A stretch of DNA of 64,000 bases from an uncultured delta proteobacterium (GTDB lineage: Bacteria > Desulfobacterota > RBG-13-43-22). The position numbers were made by a program, and so were the translations under genes. Of the stretch, positions 20,137-30,728 are shown one piece after another (the first letter of the stretch is position 1; each line of letters starts with the position of its first letter). The notes below the pieces were generated by a model that was not told the origin of the DNA, ran no database searches, and worked only from the letters and a program-made list of their open reading frames with translations. The DNA lies in assembly GCA_963790475.1 (NCBI GenBank), contig CAWBOS010000010.1, forward strand, positions 160,001 to 224,000, given 5' to 3'.

Positions 20137-21381
20137 TACATTTTCGTTCTCTTATGTTTACTCTGTTTCTTCGATGGCCTTGACCGGTACATAGTATCGG
20201 CAATATTCCCGTTCATCAAACAGGAATTTGCCCTGACCGATACTCAGAGCGGGATGCTCGTCGCGACCGTTTACTGGTCGATCCTGGTGCTCGTGTTTCC
20301 GGTCTCGATAATCATCGACCGTTGGAGCCGCAGAAAAACCATAAGCATCATGGCAATTTGTTGGAGCCTGGCATCGATGGCCTGTGCTTTCGCAGGTAAT
20401 TTCGCCCAGCTTTTCACAGCCAGAACGTTTTTAGGTTTTGGTGAAGCGGGTTTCGGAGCCGGTGGCGCCCCCGTGATTACCGGTCTTTATCCTCTGGAAA
20501 AGCGAGCTCGTATGATAGGTATCTGGGGCGCATCGGCCTTTTTTGCCAATGCAGTGGCTATGGCTCTCGGGGGTGTAATTGCGACGCGCTTCGGCTGGCG
20601 CGCTGTCTTCGGACTGACGGCTCTCCCCGGTTTGATTGTGGCCTTCTTGTTCTTTTTCATCAAGGATTACAAGACCGTTGAGCTGATAAAGGTGGTGAAG
20701 GCGGGGACCGGGGAGGCATTAAAGATCAAAATGAAGGCGGCCGACGCCGCCTGGGAATTTCTTCGGACGCCATCGCTTATTTTGACCTACCTGGGCATGG
20801 GGTTTGTGCAATTTGTGGCGGTGGGCATGCTCACCTGGTTGCCAACCTATTTCAACCGGACCTATGGCATTCCCATGGGCCAGGCCGGGCTGAAGGCAGC
20901 TTCAATCATGGTGCTTACCATTATCGGCGCGCCTCTGGGCGGTTTCCTGTGTGATCTGTGGGTGAAGAAAAAATTAAATACGCGGCTTGTTTTTTCCGCT
21001 GCAACCACCTTCCTATCGGCACTCCTCGGTTTCGCAGCCTTCTACCTGTTCAATGGCGACATCCAGTATGGCGTTCTCTTGATGATGGGTTTAACCACCA
21101 GTGCTTTTATTGGGGCAGCAACCACCATCACTCAGGAAGTAATACATCCCGGTCTAAGAGCCATTTCAGGAGGCCTGTCTGTGGTGGCTACAAGTTTGAT
21201 CGGTGGATCACTGGCTCCGGTGGTCATGGGCGCCATCTCCGATGCCGCGGGCATTAAGACCGCCATGATGGTTCTGCCGGCTTTCCTGTTTTTGGCGGCC
21301 TCTTTCTTTTTTATCGGCTCATTTTTCTTTATGAGGGACTATAACAAAGTTGAAAAGATACCGCTTCAGGCCGAATTCTGA
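20080..21381 (+). CDS. MFS transporter (Spinster-like)
   Basis: 12 TM, FDGLDRY in TM1, IIDRWSRR motif A; paralog of 29305. Confidence 0.88.
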   Translation: MSDTQPASREYSISKGQRTYIFVLLCLLCFFDGLDRYIVSAIFPFIKQEFALTDTQSGMLVATVYWSILVLVFPVSIIIDRWSRRKTISIMAICWSLASMACAFAGNFAQLFTARTFLGFGEAGFGAGGAPVITGLYPLEKRARMIGIWGASAFFANAVAMALGGVIATRFGWRAVFGLTALPGLIVAFLFFFIKDYKTVELIKVVKAGTGEALKIKMKAADAAWEFLRTPSLILTYLGMGFVQFVAVGMLTWLPTYFNRTYGIPMGQAGLKAASIMVLTIIGAPLGGFLCDLWVKKKLNTRLVFSAATTFLSALLGFAAFYLFNGDIQYGVLLMMGLTTSAFIGAATTITQEVIHPGLRAISGGLSVVATSLIGGSLAPVVMGAISDAAGIKTAMMVLPAFLFLAASFFFIGSFFFMRDYNKVEKIPLQAEF

Positions 21382-21486
21382 TAGGAAAGTCGGGTATGAA
21401 CAAATCGAAATCGAATAATGAGGAATACATTCTTCTCCGGATCTTTCCTAAAGGGAAATGATCCGGCGGAAAGGGAGGTCTGAGGT

Positions 21487-22758
21487 ATGAACATCGGCGC
21501 GATAGTGCCGGACATAAGTCTCCAGCAGGTGAAGGACGCCTTTGCTTTTACCGACCGAGTGGTTGAGGGATACCCTGACCGTCTGGCCGGGACAGCGGCC
21601 TGCCACAGGGCCGCCGAACACATTAAAGCTGAGTTTGAACGGTGCTGCGACGAAGGGACCGTTAAGGCTGAGCCGTGCGTTATCCACCCGCAGAGCTTCG
21701 TCAAGTATATACCGGGACTGGTGGTGCTTTATTACGGTTGCATATTACTGCTGTATTTCTTACCCTCCAGGGCTTGGATTTCCTTCGTCGGCCTGGCATT
21801 GGGCGGGTTCGCCTACTACGGGCAGAGCGTACGTCAATGGCACCTGCTGGACCCGTTCTTCCCCAGGAAGCTGGGCTACAATGTCTATGGCTCGATTGAA
21901 CCATCGGGCGAAGTGAAGCAGCAAGTCATCTTATCGGCCCACCATGATGCGGCCTACGTATTCCATTTACGGGCGCTCCTGCCTAAATTATACGGGCCCT
22001 ACAGGAAAGCCGGTGGAGTGCTGCTGCTCATCGCCGTATTGGTATCCCTTACCGCCTCTGTATTCGCCTCTTTTTTTAGCTTAGCCTTCCCGCCGTGGGT
22101 GGCCCTGGTGCTTCTCATACTGGGTCTCATCGAGCTCCCTTTTTTGTTTTTCACCACCAGCCAGGTGTCGCCGGCAGCGGGGGATGATATGATGGCCGTG
22201 GCCATTGCCGCCGGCATCGGCAAACTCTTCGGCGATGCTAAGGAGGCCGGGAGCAACCCCCTCAGACACACCCGGCTGATCCTTCTCTCCTTTGACGCTG
22301 AGGAGTGCGGCCTGCGCGGTTCCCGAGCCTGGGTCAAACAGCACCTGGCGGAGATCAGGGCCACGAAGAGCTTCGCCTTAAACATGGACCCTATATACAA
22401 GCTCAAGACGCTGAATTTTTTCGATGCCGAACTTGGCGGAAAAATAAAACTTTCCCGGGAGATGGCACAGGAATGCGTGGATATTGCGGCGGCCTTGGGA
22501 TATGAGACCTACGTCGCGCCGTCGCGCGGCGGCTCGGCTTCTGATGCCGCGTCTTATGGTGCGGCGGGTATCGAGGCTACCAATCTCCACGGCATGAGTT
22601 CAGGGAACAAAGATCTCGGTGTCTATCATACCGCCGATGATTTCAGCAAGCACATTGAGCCGGAGTTGGTGGAAGCCGCTCTCAAGATCGTACGGGAGTT
22701 TATCCTCAGGAAAGACGCCAGCGCCAAAAAAAATTATGGCCGGACAAACGATAATTAA
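21487..22758 (+). CDS. membrane-embedded M28-family metallopeptidase/hydrolase
   Basis: SAHHD, AGDD, FDAEE.GLRGS and YHT..D motifs with TM inserts. Confidence 0.85.
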   Translation: MNIGAIVPDISLQQVKDAFAFTDRVVEGYPDRLAGTAACHRAAEHIKAEFERCCDEGTVKAEPCVIHPQSFVKYIPGLVVLYYGCILLLYFLPSRAWISFVGLALGGFAYYGQSVRQWHLLDPFFPRKLGYNVYGSIEPSGEVKQQVILSAHHDAAYVFHLRALLPKLYGPYRKAGGVLLLIAVLVSLTASVFASFFSLAFPPWVALVLLILGLIELPFLFFTTSQVSPAAGDDMMAVAIAAGIGKLFGDAKEAGSNPLRHTRLILLSFDAEECGLRGSRAWVKQHLAEIRATKSFALNMDPIYKLKTLNFFDAELGGKIKLSREMAQECVDIAAALGYETYVAPSRGGSASDAASYGAAGIEATNLHGMSSGNKDLGVYHTADDFSKHIEPELVEAALKIVREFILRKDASAKKNYGRTNDN

Positions 22759-22902
22759 CCATGGGAAAAAGACTCAATTTAGAAAAGCCCAAAAAAGGGG
22801 GTGATGTGCAGATTCCCGTGAAAAAAAAATAAGTTAGGAGGTTTTGCTTTCTTAAAGAAGAGGCTGTTTTTCAAACTGCAACTACCACGAGGAGAAAAAG
22901 AG

Positions 22903-24141
22903 ATGATGAAGAAATTAGGCATGTTTGCTTTTGTTATGGCCCTGGCAGTCGCCTTTTCCCTGCCGGCCTACGCTGGCACCATTGCCGGTGAAAAAGAATT
23001 TTCCGTAACTATAGGCGGTTCGTATTCCCTTGATGCGAACTGGAATATCAGGGACAAAAATTACAATACTTTCATCAATCCGGCTGGCGGCGGGAAGGAT
23101 CAAACCAAGTTCATTATGGATGTCCCCTTTTGGAGCTACATGTACATACTAGTCCGGCAGGGGGGGTTCAGCGGCTATGCGGATATCGCTACCTCGATAT
23201 CCCGGGAGTCTAATCAGCTCCAAGTTCCCACCTCCAACTTCCAAAACGATGCCGACTTCATCACAAACGGTCGGTGGTACGGGTCCTATAGATTCGGAAA
23301 TATGGAAATCAGGGCAGGAAAGGATAATGGTTGGTTTGACTCCGATGCCTACGGGGTCGGTGGGCCATCGGTCCTTGGTTATTCTGCGGCCAACACTAGT
23401 CACGTAGCCTTGATCGGCTGGGGCTGGACTTATGACGGCAAGAGCGCCAATCTCAGGTTCCTCCACAACGTCAACAAGATGTTCGGCTACCAAATCGCCC
23501 TGGTCGATACCGGCACCTATGCCGAAACTGTCGGCACGGCGACCAGGCTGTCCTATGCTCAATATCCGGGCATTGCCGCCAAGATCCTGTTGAACTTCGG
23601 TGTGGTGAGCCTTTATCCGGCCGCTGTCTACCAGCAGGTTAAATGGGATAGTTTGACACCCGGGTTTCAGGACAATATGACCGCCTGGGCTGCGACATTA
23701 CCGGTAAGGGTCACGGTTGGTCCTTTCTCAGCCGGAGGGCAGATAACTTATGGAAAGAACGTAGGTGGTGCGACCTCTGGAAACGTCCTGCTGAGAGGAG
23801 AAAATTCCAATACCGGTTATCTAAGGGATGCCGCCGGCAACATCCAAGATACCACCGATTGGGCTGGCTTTATTGCTCTGGGCTATGCTTTTGGTCCGGC
23901 GCAACCGTATATCTGGTTCGGTTTTGACCATGCCCAAAATGACCATTGGAAGAATATTTTTAATGCCAATGATTACTATCAAAGGACGTCGTACGGGATC
24001 AATCTCTATTACACGATCGGCAACTTTCAAATTGTTCCTGAAGTTGCCTTTTATGATTATGGAAACTTAGCTGGGGTACCAGGCAAACAAGCTTTAGGCA
24101 CAGAGTGGTTGGCCGGCGTTCATTTCCGCTTCTCCTTTTAA
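22903..24141 (+). CDS. outer-membrane porin-like beta-barrel
   Basis: Signal peptide (AYA), aromatic/Gly-rich strands, C-terminal FSF. Confidence 0.75.
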   Translation: MMKKLGMFAFVMALAVAFSLPAYAGTIAGEKEFSVTIGGSYSLDANWNIRDKNYNTFINPAGGGKDQTKFIMDVPFWSYMYILVRQGGFSGYADIATSISRESNQLQVPTSNFQNDADFITNGRWYGSYRFGNMEIRAGKDNGWFDSDAYGVGGPSVLGYSAANTSHVALIGWGWTYDGKSANLRFLHNVNKMFGYQIALVDTGTYAETVGTATRLSYAQYPGIAAKILLNFGVVSLYPAAVYQQVKWDSLTPGFQDNMTAWAATLPVRVTVGPFSAGGQITYGKNVGGATSGNVLLRGENSNTGYLRDAAGNIQDTTDWAGFIALGYAFGPAQPYIWFGFDHAQNDHWKNIFNANDYYQRTSYGINLYYTIGNFQIVPEVAFYDYGNLAGVPGKQALGTEWLAGVHFRFSF

Positions 24142-24161
24142 TCTATTCTAAAAAAATAACC

Positions 24162-24197
24162 AAAAACCCCGGATGATTTTCTCTCCGGGGTTTTTTT
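24162..24197 (+). terminator. intrinsic terminator
   Basis: AAAACCCCGGA...TCCGGGGTTTTTTT. Confidence 0.8.
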
Positions 24198-24344
24198 GGT
24201 CAAATTTTTATAGAGACCGCCCGGGATGAATTTATCCGCTTAATCAACTTTACTAAAATCACGCTATTTTCCCAAAATAATTAATCCCAAAACCCTGGAG
24301 GGGCAACCTCCAGGGTTTTATTTACCTCCTAATTTTTGATAGGT

Positions 24345-24577
24345 TGGTTTTTCTGTTTTTCGTAAATCCTCTGTCCAATCCCCGCCCGCAAGATTCATCA
24401 ATATCAACGCCAGTACCGTTTGGGTATCCGTCCACCCTCGCTGTAAATGCTTCTCTAGGCTGCCGCCTATCCCCATCACCGACGCTAAATCCGGATAAAC
24501 CGGCAATCCCTCCATCGCGGTCATCCCCTCTCTTTCTTCTCTTCTTTGTACTTGAATGATAGAACTCCTTGTGTCAT
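24345..24577 (-). pseudogene. IS1380-family transposase 5' remnant
   Basis: MTQGVLSFKYKEEK (frameshift) MTAMEGLPVY.DLA...GWTD.Q.VLALILMNLAGGD..EDLR resembles IS1380 N-termini as I recall them. Confidence 0.6.
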
Positions 24578-24804
24578 AATGCTTTCACCTCGTTGATGAT
24601 AGTTCTTCCTTTAAAAAAGACTCTATCATCTCGATCCATCGAGATCGGCAAGGTTTTTTATTTTTTTGATAGTGAATTAAGGTGATCTGGTAAGCGAGGC
24701 GGAGAAGATGGCCCCTGTTGCGCTGCGCGGATTGCGGGCCAAATAAGGTTGTTGTTTTGTATACATCCTACAAATAAAACGTATACCGAAAGTTGTTTTG
24801 GAAT

Positions 24805-25458
24805 ATGGCCTTGGGGAAGAACAAACTGACCGATCGAAAAAAAAGAGCCATGGCGACCGCCCGGAAAATCAACAAGACCGCCTTGAAACTTTTTTATAGG
24901 GATGGATTTGATAGGGTCACGGTTGATGAGATATGCGAAAGTGCGGGGGTCTCGAAAGGCTCCTTCTATGTTTATTTCAAGTCCAAGGAGCAGGTCATTG
25001 TGGACGTGTACTCCAAAACGGACGAAACCTATGATGCCTACGTGGCCAATGATTTGGCCTCGATAACCAACCCGGTGGAGAAATTGTGGCTCCTGGGAAG
25101 GAAGGGGCTGAGTTACACCAGTGAGATGGGAGCGGAGATTATACAGGTTACCTACCGGGCCAGGCTGACTTTCGACAAGAAGGGCACGGCCTACCGTTCC
25201 GAGAACAGGTCCATATATAAAATAGTGAAGTCCTTGGTTGAAGAGGCCCAGGCCGGGGGCTACCTGCGCAATGATTTCAGTAGTGAGGAGATCGCGTGGA
25301 TGATACTTCGCTGTGTTGGTGGTATAACCCATGACTGGTGTCTGGTCAAAGGCGGTTTCGATCTTGTTTCCGAAGGGGAAAAGGTCTTCGGTGTTCTGCT
25401 GAGGGGATTACGTCCCGAATCTCTCCAGGGACCGATGGAAGGCCCTCCAAAACCATAA
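24805..25458 (+). CDS. TetR/AcrR family regulator
   Basis: GFDRVTVDEICESAGVSKGSFYVYFKSKE HTH. Confidence 0.93.
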   Translation: MALGKNKLTDRKKRAMATARKINKTALKLFYRDGFDRVTVDEICESAGVSKGSFYVYFKSKEQVIVDVYSKTDETYDAYVANDLASITNPVEKLWLLGRKGLSYTSEMGAEIIQVTYRARLTFDKKGTAYRSENRSIYKIVKSLVEEAQAGGYLRNDFSSEEIAWMILRCVGGITHDWCLVKGGFDLVSEGEKVFGVLLRGLRPESLQGPMEGPPKP

Positions 25459-25495
25459 AAGTCTACGGATTTCTTTTCGATTTCACACAAAAATC

Positions 25496-25565
25496 TTGAC
25501 AAGTCCATCTTCGCCGGTGTATAAATCGGTCCGGTAATGACTGAAGTCAATGACTATAGTCATTA
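25496..25565 (+). promoter_or_regulatory. promoter with tandem TGAC-N4-GTCA operators
   Basis: TTGACA...TATAAA; TGACTGAAGTCA (25538) and TGACTATAGTCA (25551). Confidence 0.75.
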
Positions 25566-25882
25566 ACCGATGAAACTCGAACGGACGGCGGCCGATATTT
25601 GTCGGGGCTATTTCGGATGCCTACAATATCCAGACGCGCTTGCCCTATTACCTGTAGGGCATCGTAATTTCCGGGATCCTGTTCTTCATTGCCTCATTTT
25701 TCTATGAAAAAGACCTGTTACAGGTTGAAGGCGTGGCACTGCAGGCTGCTGCCCAGGCTGGCAGAGTGGTTTATAGACCGGAAGATCAAGTGCGTGCAGA
25801 AGTCCGAGAAGACACTTCCAATTGGAAAAAAATAAATATTTTCATGGATTGGGTTTTCCCAAGCCAACAAGGAGATAAATCC

Positions 25883-27214
25883 ATGGCCAAACTTGAATTC
25901 CCTCAGAAAGGAATGCCCCGGGAGGAGCTTTTCTCCGAACTGCGTTCGCTGAAATCAGGCGACAGCGACTGGAAGAACGGGCGCATGTTCAGCCTCGTCT
26001 TCAATGCCGGTGAAGACATTGCCGGTGTAGCCGAAGAAGCCTATGCCTTGTTTATGGTGGAGAACGGACTCAGCCCTTTTGCCTTTCCCAGCTTGCTGAA
26101 GATGGAGACCGAAGTGGCCTCCATGATGGCCGATTTATTCCACGGTGATTCGGATACGGTGGGCAATATGACCTCCGGCGGGTCGGAGAGCATCCTCCTG
26201 GCGGTCAAGGCGGCTCGTGATTATGCCCGGTCCAGGAAACCTCACATTATTCGGCCTGAGCTCCTCATGTCCCTTTCGGCTCACCCGGCCTTTAACAAGG
26301 CGGCCCATTACCTGGGCCTGAAAACCGTTATTGTACCCACGCAAAAGGGAACCCTCGATGCCGATGTGGAGGCTATGGGCCGGGCGGTCACCGAGAATAC
26401 GGTCATGATGGTGGGCTCGGCACCGTCCTACCCTCACGGAATCATCGATCCTATAGAAGAGCTGGCCGGGAAGGCAGCCGGGAAGGACATCTGGATGCAT
26501 GTGGACGCCTGTGTGGGCGGGTTGGAGCTGCCCTTTGTTAAAAGGCTGGGCTATCCTCTGCCGAACTTTGATTTTCAGATCCCCGGTGTGTGCTCCCTAT
26601 CAGCGGATATCCATAAATACGGATTTACTCCCAAGGGGGCATCGGTGGTTCTTTTCAGGAACCCGGAATTGCGGAAATATCAGCTTTTCGCCTATGCCGA
26701 CTGGCCGGGGGGCGTCTACGCTACCCCGAACGTGTCCGGTTCGAGGCCGGGCGGCCCTATCGCCTCGAGCTGGGCCGTACTCAAATACCTCGGCCTGGAA
26801 GGATATATGCGTTTGGCGGCGCAAAGCATGGAAGCGACCCAAAAGCTGATCGAGGGCATCAAGTCCATTCCCGAGTTGTATGTCCTTGGGAAACCATTGA
26901 CCACTGTTTTCGCCATCGGAAGCGACGTGCTCAATATCTTTGCCCTGGGGGAGAAGATGAAGGAATACCGCTGGTTCATCGACAGCCAGCATTTACCCCC
27001 TTGCCTTCACATGACCATCTCGCCGATTCATGTTGCCATCGTAGAGCCTTTATTGGACGACTTGCGGGCCGCGGTCAAAGAAACGGCCCGGCTCAAGCCG
27101 GAGGACATCAGCGGTGAAGCGGCCATGTACGGCATGATCGGCTCTCTTCCCGACCGCGCCCAGGCCGAGGAATTTGCCGTGCAATACCTGAACGACCTGT
27201 ACCGTGTCCACTAA
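25883..27214 (+). CDS. sphingosine-1-phosphate lyase-like PLP enzyme
   Basis: TSGGSESI, HVDACVGG, SADIHKYG..PKG.SV and WPGGVYATP..SGSRPG motifs; AAGGAG RBS. Confidence 0.85.
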   Translation: MAKLEFPQKGMPREELFSELRSLKSGDSDWKNGRMFSLVFNAGEDIAGVAEEAYALFMVENGLSPFAFPSLLKMETEVASMMADLFHGDSDTVGNMTSGGSESILLAVKAARDYARSRKPHIIRPELLMSLSAHPAFNKAAHYLGLKTVIVPTQKGTLDADVEAMGRAVTENTVMMVGSAPSYPHGIIDPIEELAGKAAGKDIWMHVDACVGGLELPFVKRLGYPLPNFDFQIPGVCSLSADIHKYGFTPKGASVVLFRNPELRKYQLFAYADWPGGVYATPNVSGSRPGGPIASSWAVLKYLGLEGYMRLAAQSMEATQKLIEGIKSIPELYVLGKPLTTVFAIGSDVLNIFALGEKMKEYRWFIDSQHLPPCLHMTISPIHVAIVEPLLDDLRAAVKETARLKPEDISGEAAMYGMIGSLPDRAQAEEFAVQYLNDLYRVH

Positions 27215-27954
27215 TGGATCCCCTGACTGGGTCTCTTTTTCTTCTGGGGTGCATCCTGGTCCTGGCCCACACGGTTGAAACCACACTGGGTTTCGGCTCC
27301 ACCCTTATCGCACTGGCTTTAGGCATCCACCTTCTCCCCCTGGAGACGCTGGTGCCCATGCTGGTCGTTCTCGGGTTATTGCAGAGCCTGTGGCTGGTAG
27401 GCAGATGGTTCCGACACATTGATTGGAAGGTCCTATTATTAAATATTCTTCCGCTGGCCGCCGCCGGAACGGCCATCGGAATATTCAGCAGGGAAATCGC
27501 TGCCGAAAATACCCTCAAAGCCATTCTGGGCGGTTTTATCATCATCGTTTCTCTGGCCGAATTGGCTGTCCTTTTCATAAGGAAGACGCCCAGCGGTGAG
27601 CTGCGTTGGTTCTTCGGTCTTCCCCTCCTGATCGGCGGTGGGATTTTTCATGGCTTATTTGCCACCGGCGGGCCGCCGATTGTCTATTATGCCAGCCGCC
27701 GGTTAATGACCCAGCAGTCTTTCCGGGCCACGCTGTCTATGCTCTGGCTGGTGCTCAATACCGGATTGGCCATCACCTTCCTGGCGGGAGGGCAATTGGA
27801 CGGAAATAAAGCGGTAATGACAGCGGCGGTGCTGCCGGGATTGGCCGCGGGTGTTCTGTTAGGCAGTTTTATCCGGGTGAAAGAGTTCTGGTTCAAGGGA
27901 CTTACTTACCTCTTTCTCTTTTTCACCGGATTTATTCTGTTAATACAGGTTTAG
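27214..27954 (+). CDS. TauE/SafE family membrane exporter
   Basis: TLGFG and GLFATGGPP motifs, about 8 TM. Confidence 0.82.
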   Translation: MDPLTGSLFLLGCILVLAHTVETTLGFGSTLIALALGIHLLPLETLVPMLVVLGLLQSLWLVGRWFRHIDWKVLLLNILPLAAAGTAIGIFSREIAAENTLKAILGGFIIIVSLAELAVLFIRKTPSGELRWFFGLPLLIGGGIFHGLFATGGPPIVYYASRRLMTQQSFRATLSMLWLVLNTGLAITFLAGGQLDGNKAVMTAAVLPGLAAGVLLGSFIRVKEFWFKGLTYLFLFFTGFILLIQV

Positions 27955-28138
27955 TGCGAAAACAGGGTTCAAGGGTTTAAGGGTTTAAACTCCAGGCCTT
28001 TCACCCGGTTCCCCGTAGGGGAACCTTTTCTATAGCTCGATAAAATCGAGCGGCTGAAACCTTGGCCCCTTGAATCCTTTTTCGTGTTTCGTGGGTTCCC
28101 ACCAGGGCATGGGAAAAAAGAAAACCTAAGGAGAGATT

Positions 28139-29212
28139 ATGAAAACGATAAAAAAGGACCTTTCTCAAATGACCTTTGCCGGGCTGCGCAGTTTAGCCGA
28201 TCTTCCCTATTTCGAAATGGCGGCTAATGGGTTGCTCAGGCTTACAGTAGACGATCTGGATAAGGGTATCGACGGCCATACCCATTTAGCCCTCAACGCC
28301 CTGGCCGCCCCCAAACCGGACCTCCTGGCCAAGCCCGGAAAGACCATATATTACATCGGGCCCAATACCCCTCTTTCGATGAATAATTACATGGGGCAGA
28401 ACCAGACGGAGGCGGACATCGCTGAGATGACCAAAAGTCTGCTGGGATCGATCAGTCCCGGCGGCAGCGCCGCGACCGAGACACATACGATTCCCAATCT
28501 GATAGAGGAAATCGATCTTTTAGGGATTGAAAAAACGGTCATCTTCCCCATCGCCTATGGCCTTCCTTACGGCGATGATGTGACCGAATGGTACCTTGAG
28601 GCCATCGAAAGGTCGGGGAAAAAAGATCGCTTCATCATTTGCGGGAGCGTGAAGCCGACACTGCCGGAGGCCGTAGAAAAGACCAAGGCTTTGAAATTGA
28701 AAGGCGTAAAAGGTATCAAAGTGCATCCCAACATGGCCCGTTTCACCCCGAATGACAAGCGGGCCTGGGCCTTTTACGAGGAATGCTCCCAACTCAGGCT
28801 GCCGGTCCTGATCCATTGCGGGTTGGTGGGAAAGGAAGGAATAGTCAAGCCCGACCAGACCATGGGCTATACGGGACGGCACGCCGAAATAACCCATTTC
28901 TTCGAACCGATAGAGGAATTTCCCAACCTGCTATTCGTTCTCTGTCATTCCGGCGCACTTCAAAACGATCAGGCGATCGGTCTGGCCAGAAAAAACAGGA
29001 ATGTCTGGCTTGATATCCAGGGACAGAGCGTGGCCAATATCAGGAAGATGATCGCCGAAGTAGGTCCTGAAAGGCTTATGTTCGGCTCCGATTGGCCCTT
29101 CTTTCCGGTCGCTTCGCTTTTGGCCCGCCTGCTCATGGCCACCGAAGGGGACAAAAAAATAAGAAAAATGATATTCTCAGAAAATGCCAGGCGCTTCTGG
29201 GGCCTGGTCTGA
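28139..29212 (+). CDS. amidohydrolase family protein
   Basis: IDGHTH, GIKVHP, LIHCG, LCHSG and MFGSDWP motifs. Confidence 0.88.
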   Translation: MKTIKKDLSQMTFAGLRSLADLPYFEMAANGLLRLTVDDLDKGIDGHTHLALNALAAPKPDLLAKPGKTIYYIGPNTPLSMNNYMGQNQTEADIAEMTKSLLGSISPGGSAATETHTIPNLIEEIDLLGIEKTVIFPIAYGLPYGDDVTEWYLEAIERSGKKDRFIICGSVKPTLPEAVEKTKALKLKGVKGIKVHPNMARFTPNDKRAWAFYEECSQLRLPVLIHCGLVGKEGIVKPDQTMGYTGRHAEITHFFEPIEEFPNLLFVLCHSGALQNDQAIGLARKNRNVWLDIQGQSVANIRKMIAEVGPERLMFGSDWPFFPVASLLARLLMATEGDKKIRKMIFSENARRFWGLV

Positions 29213-29304
29213 CCCGCGCATTAAGCCATCTCCAACCGGATTTATTATGCCTTTGTCCACGGACCAGGCCTTCAATAAGTTAATCCAAGTGAGGAGCGCA
29301 GCCT

Positions 29305-30612
29305 ATGACCGAAGCCACAAGCACCTCTAAGGCCGGATACATTCTGAAGAGCGGACAAAGGACCTATATTTTCGTGCTCCTGTTCCTGCTCTATTTCTTC
29401 GACGTGGTTGACCGTTACATGGTCTCTTCCATGTTCCCTTTCATCCAGAAAGAATGGGGACTGACCGACATGCAGAGCGGTTTGCTGGTGTCAACGGTTT
29501 ACTGGTCCATCGTTGTCTTTGTATTCCCAGGCTCCATCATAATCGACCGTTGGAGCCGCAGAAAGACCATCAGCATCATGGCGGTCTTATGGAGCATCGC
29601 TTCGATGGCCTGCGCCTTGGTCGGCAATTTCAGGCAGCTGTTCACGGCCCGGACATTCCTGGGCATTGGAGAAGCAGGTTACGGCGCCGGTGGGACGGCC
29701 ATGATTACCGGACTCTACCCCATAGAGAAGCGAGGCCGCATGATGGGCTTATGGAACGCGTCGATCCCGCTGGCCACCGCAACGGCCATAGCCCTGGGGG
29801 GTATAATCGCCACCCGCTGGGGGTGGCGGGCCGCCTTCGGACTGACGGCTCTCCCCGGTTTGATTGTGGCCATCCTGTTCTTTTTCATCAAGGACTACAG
29901 GACCGTTGAGCTGGTGAAAACGGTTATTCAGGGGGAAGGCGATGTGGCGTCAAGGATCAAAATGAAGGCCGGTGATGCCGCCAGGGAATTTCTCCGTACG
30001 CCGTCGCTCATTTTCATTTACCTCGGCATGGCCGCTGTGCAATTCGTGGCTGTGTCCATCATCACCTGGCTGCCTACCTATTTCAACCGTACGGGCCATA
30101 TTCCAATCGACCAGGCCGGAACCAAAGCCGGAGCGGTCATGTTGCTGTCCGTTATCGGCGCACCCCTGGGCGGTTTTCTGGCAGACCTGTGGGTTAAAAA
30201 GCGCCTCAACTCACGGCTTCCCTTTTCAGCGATAACAACGACCATAACGGCCTTCTTTACTTTCGCGGCCTTCTCTCTTTTTGAGGGTAACCTCCAGTTT
30301 GTCTGTCTATTGATTATGGGCGTATCCATTATCTCCTTCTTGCCGGCAGCGGCTGCCGCGACACAGGAGGTCGTTCATCCGGGACTGAGGGCAATTTCCT
30401 ACGCCATCGCGGTTATTTTCATGAATCTGTTGGGCGGGTCCCTGGGACCCATTGTGATAGGCGCCATCTCCGATGCCTCCGGCATCAGGACCGCTATGAT
30501 GGTCCTGCCGGTCATTCTCGTCATTGGAGCAGCCCTGTTTTTTACGGGCTCGTTCTTCTTCCTGAAGGATTACAACAAGGCGGAGAAGGTACCGCTGGAA
30601 CTGGAATCATAA
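29305..30612 (+). CDS. MFS transporter (Spinster-like)
   Basis: FDVVDRY and IIDRWSRR; paralog of 20080. Confidence 0.88.
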   Translation: MTEATSTSKAGYILKSGQRTYIFVLLFLLYFFDVVDRYMVSSMFPFIQKEWGLTDMQSGLLVSTVYWSIVVFVFPGSIIIDRWSRRKTISIMAVLWSIASMACALVGNFRQLFTARTFLGIGEAGYGAGGTAMITGLYPIEKRGRMMGLWNASIPLATATAIALGGIIATRWGWRAAFGLTALPGLIVAILFFFIKDYRTVELVKTVIQGEGDVASRIKMKAGDAAREFLRTPSLIFIYLGMAAVQFVAVSIITWLPTYFNRTGHIPIDQAGTKAGAVMLLSVIGAPLGGFLADLWVKKRLNSRLPFSAITTTITAFFTFAAFSLFEGNLQFVCLLIMGVSIISFLPAAAAATQEVVHPGLRAISYAIAVIFMNLLGGSLGPIVIGAISDASGIRTAMMVLPVILVIGAALFFTGSFFFLKDYNKAEKVPLELES

Positions 30613-30728
30613 TTGTTTACCATTATCAGTCCTGGGGAGTGATCCTGTCTGACTGCCGGGGTGACCTTGTACAGCACCGTCCGGCCCGCCGAATGCCCAG
30701 TCTCTATTTCCCAAGCCAATCACAGGAT

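Noticed and set aside
25733-25882. N-terminal extensions in the ORF track (also 9396, 11990, 15356, 40383, 49683, 61010)
   Set aside because: Downstream ATGs fit RBS position and/or family N-termini better.
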